The notes: a model not told the origin generated them from the letters alone. Positions 1 through 11,000 are shown, counted from the first letter of the stretch. The stretch: DNA of 64,000 bases from an uncultured Bacteroidales bacterium (GCA_964421355.1 CAYQWX010000004.1:442-64441), one strand, 5' to 3'. Numbers and translations: made by a program.

Positions 1-1442
1 AGCATTCTGACCCAAGAAAATTAGTAAGGATATATTACAATCTAGGAACTATTGCATACAACATGAAAAATTATTGGAAAGCTACCAATTATTATAAAAA
101 AGCATTGGAATATTCCAAAAAAGTAAAAGATAATTTTCTATTTTTACAAATATATAAGGCATTATCCCAAACATACAAAAAGCAAGCCCAGTACAAAAAT
201 GCTTATCAAGCATATTCTAAATATTCTTATTACAAAGACAAAGTTTATAAAATAAGTTCCACGGAAAAGTTAGCCCTTCTAAAAGAGAAATATACCCAAA
301 TAAAAAGAGAAAAACAAAAAAAAGAAGTAGAACTATCTCAAAAGAAACACGAATTATCTAAAACAAAGGAACAACTAACACAAACGGAAACAATAAATAA
401 ATTACTGGAAAAAGACGCCCAACTAAAAAAAGAACAAATAAAACGCCTAAATCTTGAAAAAGAGCTTAAAGAAAAGATAATAAAACTCAAAGAAGCTGAA
501 GCGTTAAGAAAAAGTGAAAAAATAAAAGAACAACAAAGAGTCATAATTTTGATTTCCACATTGATCATAATAGTACTTTTATTTTCTGGATTTGCTGTTT
601 TTTTGCTTATAAGGTTGAAAAAAACTAATCGAATACTAAAACAACAAAAAGAAGAGCTCGAAAAGAACTATAAAATAATAAGACTTCAAAACAAAAAAAT
701 AACCGATAGCATAAATTATGCAAAACAGATACAATATGCTCTTCTTCCTTGGCCAAACACAATAGCAAAACATTTTTCCGAACACTTTGTATTTTTTAAG
801 CCAAAAGATATTGTGAGTGGAGATTTTTATTGGCTCACAACAAAACAGGATTACACCTATATTGCTGTAGCAGATTGCACAGGACATGGGGTTCCAGGCG
901 CTTTTATGAGTATGCTAGGTATCGCATTTTTATCCGATATAGTTAATGGTACCGACAGCCCACTGGAACCAAAAGCCGTTTTGGAAAAATTGAGGGAATA
1001 TATAATGCTTGCATTAAAAGATAAAGATGACGGCATGGATATGGTATTATTAAGATTTGATAAAAATAGAAAAGAAATTTTATATGCAGGAGCAAATAAC
1101 TCTATTTTGGTAGCAACTCAAAATGATATTGTAGAATACAAACCAACACGAGCTCCTATAGGTAGATACATAAAAAATATTCCATTTAAACAAGAAAAGC
1201 TGGAAATACCTCATGGAAGCATAATATATATGTTTTCCGATGGATATCTAGATCAATTTGGTGGCAAAAACGGAACAAAGTTTATGAAAAAGAACTTTAA
1301 AAAATTGCTATTTTCAATATCACATTTACCTTTGGAAGAACAAAAAAATAAATTGGAAACTTCTTTTCAAGAATGGACTACTGCAGGTAACAACAACTAT
1401 CCACAAACAGATGACGTCTTGGTAATGGGAATAAAAATATAA
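1..1442 (+). CDS. TPR / coiled-coil / single-TM / SpoIIE-type PP2C serine phosphatase, 5' end cut by window edge
   Basis: The frame stays open from nt 3 upstream of the listed ATG at 63 (HSDPRKLVRIYYNLGTIAYN continues a TPR-like repeat). A K/E-rich coiled coil is followed by TM helix VIILISTLIIIVLLFSGFAVFLLI. PP2C/SpoIIE motifs follow: SGDFYW, ADCTGHGVPGAFMSM, FSDGYLDQFGG, QTDDVLVMGIKI. The C-terminal half aligns by eye with the paralog at 47078-50287. Confidence 0.8.
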   Translation, partial: HSDPRKLVRIYYNLGTIAYNMKNYWKATNYYKKALEYSKKVKDNFLFLQIYKALSQTYKKQAQYKNAYQAYSKYSYYKDKVYKISSTEKLALLKEKYTQIKREKQKKEVELSQKKHELSKTKEQLTQTETINKLLEKDAQLKKEQIKRLNLEKELKEKIIKLKEAEALRKSEKIKEQQRVIILISTLIIIVLLFSGFAVFLLIRLKKTNRILKQQKEELEKNYKIIRLQNKKITDSINYAKQIQYALLPWPNTIAKHFSEHFVFFKPKDIVSGDFYWLTTKQDYTYIAVADCTGHGVPGAFMSMLGIAFLSDIVNGTDSPLEPKAVLEKLREYIMLALKDKDDGMDMVLLRFDKNRKEILYAGANNSILVATQNDIVEYKPTRAPIGRYIKNIPFKQEKLEIPHGSIIYMFSDGYLDQFGGKNGTKFMKKNFKKLLFSISHLPLEEQKNKLETSFQEWTTAGNNNYPQTDDVLVMGIKI

Positions 1443-1500
1443 AAATGCAACTTTTTAATATTTCGTTCGTATAAAAAGATTAGACTCAAAAACTTACAAT

Positions 1501-2232
1501 ATGAAAAAAATTATAATTTTTATTGTCCTTTTATATATGGGAATAATACTCAATGCCCAATCATTTAATGTTTATACTGATGAAAATTGTACTTCAATAA
1601 TAAATAATGGTGACACAATTACCATTAATGCTGATTCTTCTGGACAGATTTCATACGAATTTTTTGGTTATATAAAAAACAATACTCCTACCGATTTGAG
1701 CATACATATTGAAATGGCTAAGATATTGGTATCAGAAGGGAATCTGTTGCAATTATGTTTTAACGGGGTTTGCCACAATTCCCTTGTCTGCGATGGCACT
1801 GTAGGAGTGGCTTCTCCAGAAGAGTTGCACATCACTCTTTATTATACAGCTTCTGATACTGCAAGCAATATAATACAGGTAACAGTGATGCCTACATCAA
1901 GTAAAGGTGACACTTCTATCTTTTATGTTAAGTTTAAACCTGCTGCTGCAACAAGTAATAACATTTTGAGTAGTCCTAAAATATTTGTTTCTAAACCATA
2001 TCCTAATCCTGCTGACGAATATGTTCATTTTAAGTATAACATTGTACCTCAAAATGAAACATACATAATAATATATAACATATTGGGAAATGAAATTTTA
2101 AGAAAAAAGTTATCTCAAAACGAAGGAATAGTAACTATAAATACAACTAATTTCAGAAATGGTTATTATATCTATACATTAAAATACGGCAGTAAAAAAA
2201 TTACTACTAATAGATTTCTAGTTAAACATTAA
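1501..2232 (+). CDS. Secreted protein with T9SS type A C-terminal sorting domain
   Basis: Signal peptide MKKIIIFIVLLYMGIILNAQS. The last ~80 aa (KPYPNPADEYVHFKYN...NGYYIYTLKYGSKKITTNRFLVKH) fit the Por/T9SS CTD pattern. Confidence 0.7.
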   Translation: MKKIIIFIVLLYMGIILNAQSFNVYTDENCTSIINNGDTITINADSSGQISYEFFGYIKNNTPTDLSIHIEMAKILVSEGNLLQLCFNGVCHNSLVCDGTVGVASPEELHITLYYTASDTASNIIQVTVMPTSSKGDTSIFYVKFKPAAATSNNILSSPKIFVSKPYPNPADEYVHFKYNIVPQNETYIIIYNILGNEILRKKLSQNEGIVTINTTNFRNGYYIYTLKYGSKKITTNRFLVKH

Positions 2233-2395
2233 AATAAAGTTTTTTACTGTAATTTAAATGAAACCTATCCCAACTAATACTGGTTGTTATGTTTATTTTC
2301 AAGATTTTTTTGTAAGTCATTCTGTTACAAACAAATTTTTGTTTACTTTGTAAAAAATTTATGTAAATAGATTTTTTCATATAAAACTGTTTAAT

Positions 2396-4246
2396 ATGGA
2401 AACGCCAAAGAGGATTTTTGATCTTTTCAAACATTTTGAAAACAATCCCGACACTGTTGGTAAATTTTTCCTTTCGGAAAAAAAGAATAAAAAGTGGATA
2501 AAATATGATGTGAAGCATTACCGACGTTGTGCTATGAAATTGAGTTCAGGATTTTTGGAATTGGGCATAAAAAAAGGAGATAAGATAGCTACTGTAACGA
2601 ACAATCGCCCACAGTGGAACTTCATAGATATGGGAATACTACAAATAGGAGCTATCCATGTTACGGTATATCCAACCATTGCTGCCAAAGAATTCGAATA
2701 CATATTCAAACACTCCGAAACTAAAATAGTTTTTGTATCTAACAAGGTGTTATACAACAAGATAAAGCCCATTGTAGATAAAATAGACACAGTAGAACAC
2801 ATTTTCACCATAGATGAAGTGGACGGAGCTAAATCTTGGCAGGAAGTTACCCAGTTGGGCGAAAAAAACCTTGGGAAAAATTTTGATAAGATAGAAGACC
2901 TCAAAGATTCTATTGATGAAAATAATGTAGCTACTCTCATTTACACATCTGGCACAACGGGAACTCCAAAAGGAGTAATGTTGACCCATAAAAATCTGAT
3001 GAGCAATGCACTTGCAAGCTGTAATATTCAATCTCTTACTTATAAAGACACCGTATTAGATTTCTTGCCGTTATCGCATGTGTTTGGACACATGAGCAAC
3101 TATATGTATCAGTATTTGGGAACAAGTATTTATTATGCCGAAGGAGTGTCCAAAGTAGCAGAAAATATTAAAGAGCTGAAAGTAAACGGGTTTATAACCG
3201 TGCCGCGTTTGCTGGAAGCTATTTTTGAGAAAATAAACTCAAAAGCTCAAAAATTACCATATATCAAGCGTAATTTATTTGAACATTCTTTAAGAATAGC
3301 AGAAAAATATCATCCATACAAAAAGTTAAATCCCGTCTATAAATTCCAGTTAAAATTGATGGACAAACTGGTATATTCCCAATGGAGAAAGGCATTAGCT
3401 CCAGACTTGCGTTTCATCGGATGCGGGGGTTCTGCATTGTCACCCAAATTAGCACGAGTGTTTTGGGCAGCAGGCTTTAAAATATTTGAAGGATACGGAC
3501 TTACGGAAACTTCTCCTATTATTGCCGTAAATTATGACAAACCAGGCAAAATAAAAATAGGAACTGTTGGAACTATTCTAAATGGCGTAAAAGTAAAAAT
3601 TGCTGAAGACGGAGAAATTTTAGTTAAGGGGCCGGGAGTGATGAAGGGATATTATAAAGCTCCTGAACAAACTGCCGAAGTATTTACCAAAGATGGTTGG
3701 TTTAGAACAGGAGATATTGGCAAAATAGATAAAGATGGCTTTTTAAAAATAACCGACCGCAAAAAGGAAATTTTCAAACTTTCTAACGGTAAATACATTG
3801 CACCCCAAGCAATTGAAAACAAGTTAAAAGATTCTTTTTTAATTAAACAGGCAGTAGTAGTAGGTGAAAATCAAAAATATCCTGCAGCCCTGATTGCTCC
3901 CAATTTTGAATTTTTCGAAGAATGGTTGCAAAAAGAAGAAAAAGTGAAAATAAATGATAAAAAAGAAATTATAAATTTCAGTAAAGTCTATCAATCCATT
4001 CATAATGAAATAAAAAAGATAAATAAAAGTTTGGGAGAACACGAGAAAATAAGGAAATTCAAACTACTACCCAACGACTTTTCGATTGAAACAGGGGAAC
4101 TCTCAAATACACTTAAACTCAAACGAAAAGTTATTGTACAAAAATATCAGGATACCATTAACCATATTTTTTCTAATGAGACGGAAACAGTAAGTGCTAA
4201 AAAACATCACTCAAGTAAAAAATTGCATAAACAAAAGCATTATTGA
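2396..4246 (+). CDS. Long-chain fatty acid-CoA ligase (AMP-dependent synthetase/ligase family)
   Basis: AMP-binding signature YTSGTTGTPKGVMLTH, GYGLTETSP and TGDIGKIDKDGFLKITDRKK. Length is 616 aa. Confidence 0.85.
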   Translation: METPKRIFDLFKHFENNPDTVGKFFLSEKKNKKWIKYDVKHYRRCAMKLSSGFLELGIKKGDKIATVTNNRPQWNFIDMGILQIGAIHVTVYPTIAAKEFEYIFKHSETKIVFVSNKVLYNKIKPIVDKIDTVEHIFTIDEVDGAKSWQEVTQLGEKNLGKNFDKIEDLKDSIDENNVATLIYTSGTTGTPKGVMLTHKNLMSNALASCNIQSLTYKDTVLDFLPLSHVFGHMSNYMYQYLGTSIYYAEGVSKVAENIKELKVNGFITVPRLLEAIFEKINSKAQKLPYIKRNLFEHSLRIAEKYHPYKKLNPVYKFQLKLMDKLVYSQWRKALAPDLRFIGCGGSALSPKLARVFWAAGFKIFEGYGLTETSPIIAVNYDKPGKIKIGTVGTILNGVKVKIAEDGEILVKGPGVMKGYYKAPEQTAEVFTKDGWFRTGDIGKIDKDGFLKITDRKKEIFKLSNGKYIAPQAIENKLKDSFLIKQAVVVGENQKYPAALIAPNFEFFEEWLQKEEKVKINDKKEIINFSKVYQSIHNEIKKINKSLGEHEKIRKFKLLPNDFSIETGELSNTLKLKRKVIVQKYQDTINHIFSNETETVSAKKHHSSKKLHKQKHY

Positions 4247-4330
4247 AAAATTTAATTTTGTTATTTAAATAATATCACTTATGGGTATTTGGTAATAACT
4301 TTTTAATATCTTAAAAGTTGTATTGCAATT

Positions 4331-5080
4331 TTATTTTTTCATCTCTTGCAAAATATTGAAAATTTCTTTAAATACTTCTGACGCTTTACCTTCTATATAT
4401 AAGTCGGTAATTGTCGGAGTATATTCCGAATGATTTATGTTTATTTCTATTATTTTAGCTCCATTTTGTTTAGCTGTATGAGGAATTTTAGATGCAGGAT
4501 AAATTACTCCTGTAGTACCTATAACTATCATCACATCAGATCTTTGTGCATCATACATAGATTCTTCAAACACTTTTTGCGGTATTGGTTCTCCAAAAAA
4601 CACAAAATCAGGCTTTAATAATCCTCCACACTCACAACGAGGAGGAATATTGCTAAAATCCCAATCCCTTACAGAATGAATTTTCCCACATTCTACACAT
4701 ACCATATTGCGAGTATTCCCATGAAATTCTCGCACAACTTTGCTGCCGGCATCAAAGTGTAAATTATCAATGTTTTGTGTAATTATAGAGTGTAATAATC
4801 CCTCTTGTTCCATTTGGGCTAAAATAATATGAGCATTATTAGGTTTAGCTGAAAAAATGGTTTCGTAAAACACTTCATATATCAATTTCCAGTCTTCAAC
4901 AGGATGAGACAAAAAATAGTCCAAATCAAAAATTTTAGGCTCATAACGATTCCATATCCCATTCTTACCACGGAAAGGAGGGATACCACTCTCTACAGAA
5001 ATTCCTGCTCCCGTAAAAGCTACCGTATAATTAGAGTCTATTATCCATTTTGCGGCTTGTTTTAATTTTTCACTATCCAT
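4331..5080 (-). CDS. cobB: NAD-dependent protein deacylase, Sir2/CobB family
   Basis: GAGISVESGIPPFRG, QNIDNLH, catalytic His in EFHGN and Zn ribbon CVECG...CECGG. At 249 aa it is a compact canonical sirtuin. Confidence 0.85.
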   Translation of the reverse strand: MDSEKLKQAAKWIIDSNYTVAFTGAGISVESGIPPFRGKNGIWNRYEPKIFDLDYFLSHPVEDWKLIYEVFYETIFSAKPNNAHIILAQMEQEGLLHSIITQNIDNLHFDAGSKVVREFHGNTRNMVCVECGKIHSVRDWDFSNIPPRCECGGLLKPDFVFFGEPIPQKVFEESMYDAQRSDVMIVIGTTGVIYPASKIPHTAKQNGAKIIEININHSEYTPTITDLYIEGKASEVFKEIFNILQEMKK

Positions 5081-5082
5081 TA

Positions 5083-6018
5083 TTATTTTGTTTTTGTGTA
5101 AAAAAGTCCGCGGTCCCCAAATTCATGTGTAATTTTCCCTTCGTGTTCTAATACATCCAGATATTTGTTTATTTCGTTTATATGCAATCCAAGTAATTGT
5201 TGTAAATCTTTCATAGTAGCAGGACGACGTGATATAAGTCCAAGTATTGTATTTTCAATATCTGCATTATAAGAAGTTATTTTTTTACGAGATGGGGCTT
5301 TAGATATTATTTCCACATTGGGCAAATTCCAATAATGAATAATCTCATTCATTTCTTGGCGACTCATTGGTCTCAATTCTTTTTCTGCACCTGGGCGGTC
5401 CAATGTGTTTAATTGCACCTTATCTGGACGAATTTTAAGAATCGCATCTTTTAGTTTATCCAAATTTTCCCGAGAATCATTATATCCGGATAATAAAAAG
5501 ATTTCCAGCCATATAACTCCTTTGTATTCTTGTCTAAAAAGTATAAGTCCTTCAATATATTTTTCCAGAGACAGATGTTTATATGGACGATCTAATTTCA
5601 AAAAAGCTATTTTTTCTGCAGCATCTAATGAGGGGAGCACTAAATCGGCAGGAAGCATTTCTTTCCTTACTTGCTTGTCATACAACAAGGTACCATTAGT
5701 CAAAACAGCAACAGGTATATTTGTATGTTCTTTGATATACCGTAACACATCTCCAAAACGGCTATTTAATGTAGGTTCTCCCGAACCGGAAAAAGTAATA
5801 TAATCGGGAGCAATATTATGACTTAAATAATGACTTATTTCTTCTATGATTTCATTATACGGAACATATTCTTTTCTTTCTGTGGTAAGGACAGTAGTCT
5901 TGCCTACTTCACAATACACACAATTAAGTGAACAAACTTTAGGAGGTACTAAATCTATTCCCAAAGACACTCCTAACCTGCGAGAAGGTACAGGTCCAAA
6001 CAAATGTTTATATTTCAT
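5083..6018 (-). CDS. Radical SAM protein of unknown function with C-terminal winged-helix-like domain
   Basis: N-terminal GPVPSRRLGVSLGIDL is followed by the CxxxCxxC cluster motif (CSLNCVYCE). A GSGEPTL motif is present. The C-terminal ~60 aa (ATMKDLQQLLGLHINEINKYLDVLEHEGKI) look HTH-like. Its stop lies 2 nt before the sirtuin ATG. Confidence 0.8.
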   Translation of the reverse strand: MKYKHLFGPVPSRRLGVSLGIDLVPPKVCSLNCVYCEVGKTTVLTTERKEYVPYNEIIEEISHYLSHNIAPDYITFSGSGEPTLNSRFGDVLRYIKEHTNIPVAVLTNGTLLYDKQVRKEMLPADLVLPSLDAAEKIAFLKLDRPYKHLSLEKYIEGLILFRQEYKGVIWLEIFLLSGYNDSRENLDKLKDAILKIRPDKVQLNTLDRPGAEKELRPMSRQEMNEIIHYWNLPNVEIISKAPSRKKITSYNADIENTILGLISRRPATMKDLQQLLGLHINEINKYLDVLEHEGKITHEFGDRGLFYTKTK

Positions 6019-6038
6019 GATAAAAAACTTTTGATTTG

Positions 6039-6046
6039 CAAAGATA
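6039..6046 (-). promoter_or_regulatory. -7 box candidate on minus strand (TATCTTTG)
   Basis: Plus-strand caaagata, 21 nt upstream of the radical SAM ATG (6018). Confidence 0.4.
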
Positions 6047-6235
6047 GGTGTTATTGTAGTCCATTGATTAGTTAGAACCTATAAAATAATTTTTGCAATA
6101 TTTTCACATAAAATTTCAAAAAATGTTATAAAATTATTTCCCATATTATTATTATTGCACTTGAAAGTTTGCAAGCCGGTTTGTATGTTTTATGTTTAAC
6201 CTAAAAAATAATGTAATATAAAAAAGGGATTTTTT

Positions 6236-6583
6236 TTGTTTTTAGTATTATTATTATTGAGTTTGGGAAGTTTTGCAAATGGAGTAAAAGCTAAATATAG
6301 AATAAATATAACACATATTTATCATTTAGAAGGCACCAATTGTTATTTGTTTGAGGTAGATATAATAAGTGATAACGGTACTCCTGAAAATTATACTGAC
6401 GATTATGTTGTTGACGTAGGCTATGTAAAAAGTTGTCTTAAAAAAGGTATATCTCCATATATTGGTAATAATGAAATTATTCCATTGAAAGAAACTAAAT
6501 TAGATAATTTTGAATTGGATAATAACATGGACTTGAAAAATGCCATAGAAATAAAAAGCATTGATGACGTAAAAAAGAAGTAA
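6236..6583 (+). CDS. Hypothetical small secreted protein (TTG start, weak call)
   Basis: ORF only. It has a hydrophobic N-terminus (FLVLLLLSLGSFANG), no in-frame ATG upstream and no recognisable motifs. Confidence 0.3.
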   Translation: MFLVLLLLSLGSFANGVKAKYRINITHIYHLEGTNCYLFEVDIISDNGTPENYTDDYVVDVGYVKSCLKKGISPYIGNNEIIPLKETKLDNFELDNNMDLKNAIEIKSIDDVKKK

Positions 6584-6756
6584 TATTTTATCCGAATCAT
6601 GTAAAAAAAGGAATGCCAATAAATGTGAAAAATATAGAATGAGAGAAATCAAAGTAACAAAATTGAAATCTAAGATTTTTTTAATAAAGGTTTTTGTTAT
6701 TTTATTGGCTTCTTAAAAGATAAGCCTTATTTCAAGAAAATAGTAATTATTATGAG

Positions 6757-6785
6757 AGAGGGAACGAGTTTTCGTTCCCTCTTTT
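6757..6785 (+). terminator. Rho-independent terminator candidate
   Basis: Perfect 10-bp stem agagggaacg / cgttccctct with a 6-nt loop, followed by ttt. Confidence 0.55.
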
Positions 6786-6869
6786 AAAAGAGCGTGAAAA
6801 TATTAATTTGTCGATATGCATGCATAAATTTTATAATATTTTATTTATGTATTATGTATCAAAAAAACA

Positions 6870-6877
6870 TATATTTG
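6870..6877 (+). promoter_or_regulatory. -7 box candidate (TATATTTG)
   Basis: TAnnTTTG 23 nt upstream of the ATG at 6900. Confidence 0.4.
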
Positions 6878-6899
6878 TAAAAAGTAATCATTAACTTTT

Positions 6900-7733
6900 A
6901 TGATAGTAATAGCAGATAGCGGATCCACCAAAACAGAGTGGGTAATTATAGATTCGGAGAAAAAATCTTTTTTCAAAACAGCAGGACTTAATCCTTTTTT
7001 TATAACTTCTTCTTTGGTAACACAAGAGCTTATTCAAAACTTCCCTAAGGAAATTCCTCCTAAAAAAATAAAAAAAGTCTTTTTTTTCGGAGCAGGTTGT
7101 TCTTCTACTGGGAGATGCAAAATAATAAAAATAGGATTAAAAGATTTTTTTCCGTATGCAAACTTGCATATAGATCATGATATAATGGGTGCAGCAATAT
7201 CACTTTTTGGAAATTCGTCAGGTATTGCCATGATTTTAGGTACAGGTTCAAATTCTTGCATATATGACGGAGTCCGTATTACTCATAACATTCCTGCACT
7301 TGGGTATATTTTGGGAGATGAAGGTAGTGGAGCTTTTTTTGGCTTACAACTGCTTAAAGATTATCTAAACAAAGAAATGCCACCCGATGTTTATAATAAG
7401 TTTACTAAAACTTTCCAACCATCTAGGGAGGAGATATTAGACAGAGTATATAAACAAGCATTTCCCAACAGATATTTAGCCAGTTTTGCTCCCTTTCTTT
7501 CAGAAAATTTAACTTCTACTTATATATGGAAACTTGTGGAAAAAGGATTTGATTTATTTTTTAAGCGACATATTACACCTTATCCTGATTATCATACATA
7601 TCAGTTAGGGTCGGTGGGATCAGTAGGATATTTTTTACAGGAACCATTAAAAAAAATAGCTTTGAAATATGGTTTTGAAACGATAAATATACTACGTTCT
7701 CCTTTGGAAGGATTAATTAAACATATTACATAG
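6900..7733 (+). CDS. BadF/BadG/BcrA/BcrD-type ATPase (N-acetylglucosamine kinase-like)
   Basis: N-terminal IADSGSTKTEW phosphate-binding motif, plus GTGSNS and GDEGSGAFFG motifs. Length is 277 aa. Confidence 0.7.
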   Translation: MIVIADSGSTKTEWVIIDSEKKSFFKTAGLNPFFITSSLVTQELIQNFPKEIPPKKIKKVFFFGAGCSSTGRCKIIKIGLKDFFPYANLHIDHDIMGAAISLFGNSSGIAMILGTGSNSCIYDGVRITHNIPALGYILGDEGSGAFFGLQLLKDYLNKEMPPDVYNKFTKTFQPSREEILDRVYKQAFPNRYLASFAPFLSENLTSTYIWKLVEKGFDLFFKRHITPYPDYHTYQLGSVGSVGYFLQEPLKKIALKYGFETINILRSPLEGLIKHIT

Positions 7734-8044
7734 CATCCAATATTTATTTAGTAAATTATCAATAGCAATCTAAATATTTTATTAAAAATATACCCTATTT
7801 TGTAAGTTGTTAACCTCTTACCACTTTGGATCAAGCCAAAAGTTAGGATAAAATTAAATCATTGATAATCAATGTGACATTTTTATCTTGAAAATTGTTT
7901 AAGACACTATAGATAATAGTTTTGCATATATTTCAATAAGAATAAGTAACAAAATAGTAAACCTCTTTTTAAAATAATTTCTTTTTAGAAATATAAAGAC
8001 TCTTTCAAAAAAAACATAATTATCTTATTTTCAATAAATTTTAC

Positions 8045-8052
8045 TACATTTG
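8045..8052 (+). promoter_or_regulatory. -7 box candidate (TACATTTG)
   Basis: TAnnTTTG 18 nt upstream of the ATG at 8070. Confidence 0.4.
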
Positions 8053-8069
8053 TCAGATAGTTATTTTTT

Positions 8070-11000
8070 ATGAAACATTTTTTCTTATTTATAGTTCTGT
8101 TTTTTTTATTTTCTTTCACAAATATTTTCGCACAATATTCTGTCAAAGTAGGTCAAGAAAACTCGGGTGATATAAACTTCAACCTATGTAACAATCAATA
8201 TGAATACAGTTGGAATGCAACAGTTTACACCCAACAAGACATACAATCTCATGGATTGATTACCGACATTTATTACGAATCGGAATTGTTTGGTGGATTT
8301 GGTCCCGGTTCCAATACTTTTATGCAACATCAGCGTATTTTTATGAAAGCCGTTTCTAATAACGAAATGACTTCTACGGCTTTTCCCGACACTAACCAAA
8401 TGACTTTGGTTTATAGTGGAATGGTGGAATTTCTAAATTATCAGTTAGCAACCATTCATCTTGATGTACCTTTTAATTTAGATGCGGACAAAAACCTGAT
8501 GATTTTATATATAAATGAAAATGGTACGGCACAGACTGACCAAAATTATTTTTTATTTTATCCTACCCAAAATTATTATACACACAATAATACGGTTTAT
8601 AATCATGGTAATGGCAGCTTCCCATCAGGAGCAGGGACATATTCGGATAATATGCCGGTAGTATATTTGCGATATGCCCCAGGATTAGATGTAGGAATAT
8701 CTTCTATCAATAATAATGAGGCATTTAAGTTGCCGCAACAAACGGATTTAACTTGCAATTTGCATAACTATATGGCCGATACCATTACTTCTGCAACTAT
8801 TGAATATAAACTTAACGGAACTTCTCAACCAACAATCAATTGGACGGGGAATAGCTATTGCGGACAAGATGTTTCCGTTGTTCTACAAAATAATTTTGCT
8901 TTTACTCCCGGGCAATATACTATAAAAGCAAACACATCCAATCCCAATTCGGGAGCAGACGAACTTAATACAAATGATACACTGGAATTTACTTTAAATG
9001 TATCTGACAATAAAAATATAGCTTTTCAAAATTACAGTAACAATGCCATTCCTTTTTTATCTGGCGCTTCTTACGGTTGGTCGGTTGCTATTTATAATAA
9101 AGACTCTATTAATTTTTCAGGACAAATTCGTGCCATTGCATATTATGTAACTAATTCTAATGGAAACACAACACCCGAACCTCATCAAAAAATATTTATG
9201 CGTACCACCTCCGATTATACCAATCCCAATACAGATTATCCTGATACCAATCTTTTTGTAAAAGTTTTTGACGGAACAATAGATTATACATCAGCAGGCT
9301 GGCATATAATAGAATTAGATACCGTTTTTGACTATAACAGTACAGAAAATTTAATGATTTTATATGAAAATCACGCAGGTTTTTCCGTCACACCTTCAAC
9401 ATCTTTTAAAGTAGGTTGGGTTGGTACCGATGCCGTGTATAATTATGATATTAATACTTTTCCAACAGGAAGTGGATGGATTGCTTATTCAAACCGAGTA
9501 CCTGCATTAAAATTATTTTTCTCAATACCAAAGGATGCGGGAATTACAAAATTGGCAAACTCGGAGGCACCTGTATATACAGGGAATTATGACTTTATTG
9601 TTGATTTAAAAAATTATGGATTAGATACTTTGCAAGATGTGGATATAAAATACAGTATCGACCAAAATACACCAAATTCATATCATTGGAACGGGATAGC
9701 AAATCCGTTAAATGAAATTACGGATATAAATGTTGGCACAAGCAATTTAACTTATGGCACTCACAACATAAAAATATGGACAGAAAATCCAAATTATTTA
9801 CCCGACTATACAAATGGCAACGATACATTAACAGTTTCACTACGGGCTTGCTCACCACTTTCTGGAACTTACACCATTGGAACAGCTCCGTCAGACTTTG
9901 TAAGTATAAAGGCAGCCATTGACACATTAAATAATTGTGGAGTAAACGGTGCTGTTACTTTTAATATTAAACCTGGAACTTATAATAGTCAATATATTTT
10001 GAATAAAGTTTGGGGAGCTTCAGCAACAAATACCATTACATTTCAATCACAAACAGGCGACAGCACCGATGTGGTACTTACCACAGATTCCACAAATTAT
10101 TTAATGTTTTTAAACAATGCCCATTATATTTCATTTAAATACCTGACTTTCAAAAGCGATAGTGCCGAAAAACTTGTTGTTTTAGATACAAATGCTTGTA
10201 ACAATACTTTTGTTGGCAATATCTTTACCTCAGATACCACAATCTCAACATTTATTTTCTCGCAAACAAACAACACGGATAATCATATTTTAATAACCGG
10301 AAACTTATTTGAAAATGGTAATACCGGCATTGATTTATACCAAGACAATGTTTATTACAATTCTAATCTATTGATAGAAAATAATGTCTTCATCGGTCAA
10401 AGTCAAAAAGCAATTCAATTGTATAACTTAAACGAAGGAAATATTGTGAATAATCAATTTATAGCAACAAATATTGGTATTTATTTACACGGAACAAATC
10501 ATATAAGCATAAATGCCAATAATTTACGATTGCAAAATGCCAATAAAGGAATTTTTGTAGATAACTGTTTGGAAACAACTATAAGTAATAACTTTATTTC
10601 GGGAAACACAATAAGTTCATGCGGCATATACACAAAACAATCCAATATTGTTAAACTGTTTTACAACACCGTAGATTTGGATAATGCAGAAACATCTGTT
10701 TTTATTGATTATGGTAACGATAGTGTCTTTGTTTACAATAATATCTTTATCAATCATACCGGTCAAGCCATAAAGAAATTTTCATCTAATTACCTTGGCA
10801 ACAATAATTGTTTTTATACGCCCGGAACAATATTCGGTTCATGGGAAGGATACAATAATGTAAATAATTTTCAACAGTGGCAAACGATGTCACAGAACGA
10901 TACCAATTCAATATTTGCTTTGCCATACTTTATAAGTGCTACCGATTTGCATACACAAAGTTTATTGATAGATAACTTGGGGATACCATTAAGTGAAATT

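Noticed and set aside
4331-5080. Sir2-domain protein as a possible anti-phage defence effector (Thoeris ThsA / DSR / SIR2-HerA type)
   Set aside because: It is a compact 249-aa canonical sirtuin with an intact Zn ribbon and catalytic His. It has no fused sensor domain and no ThsB/HerA-like neighbour. It is most simply a housekeeping CobB deacylase.
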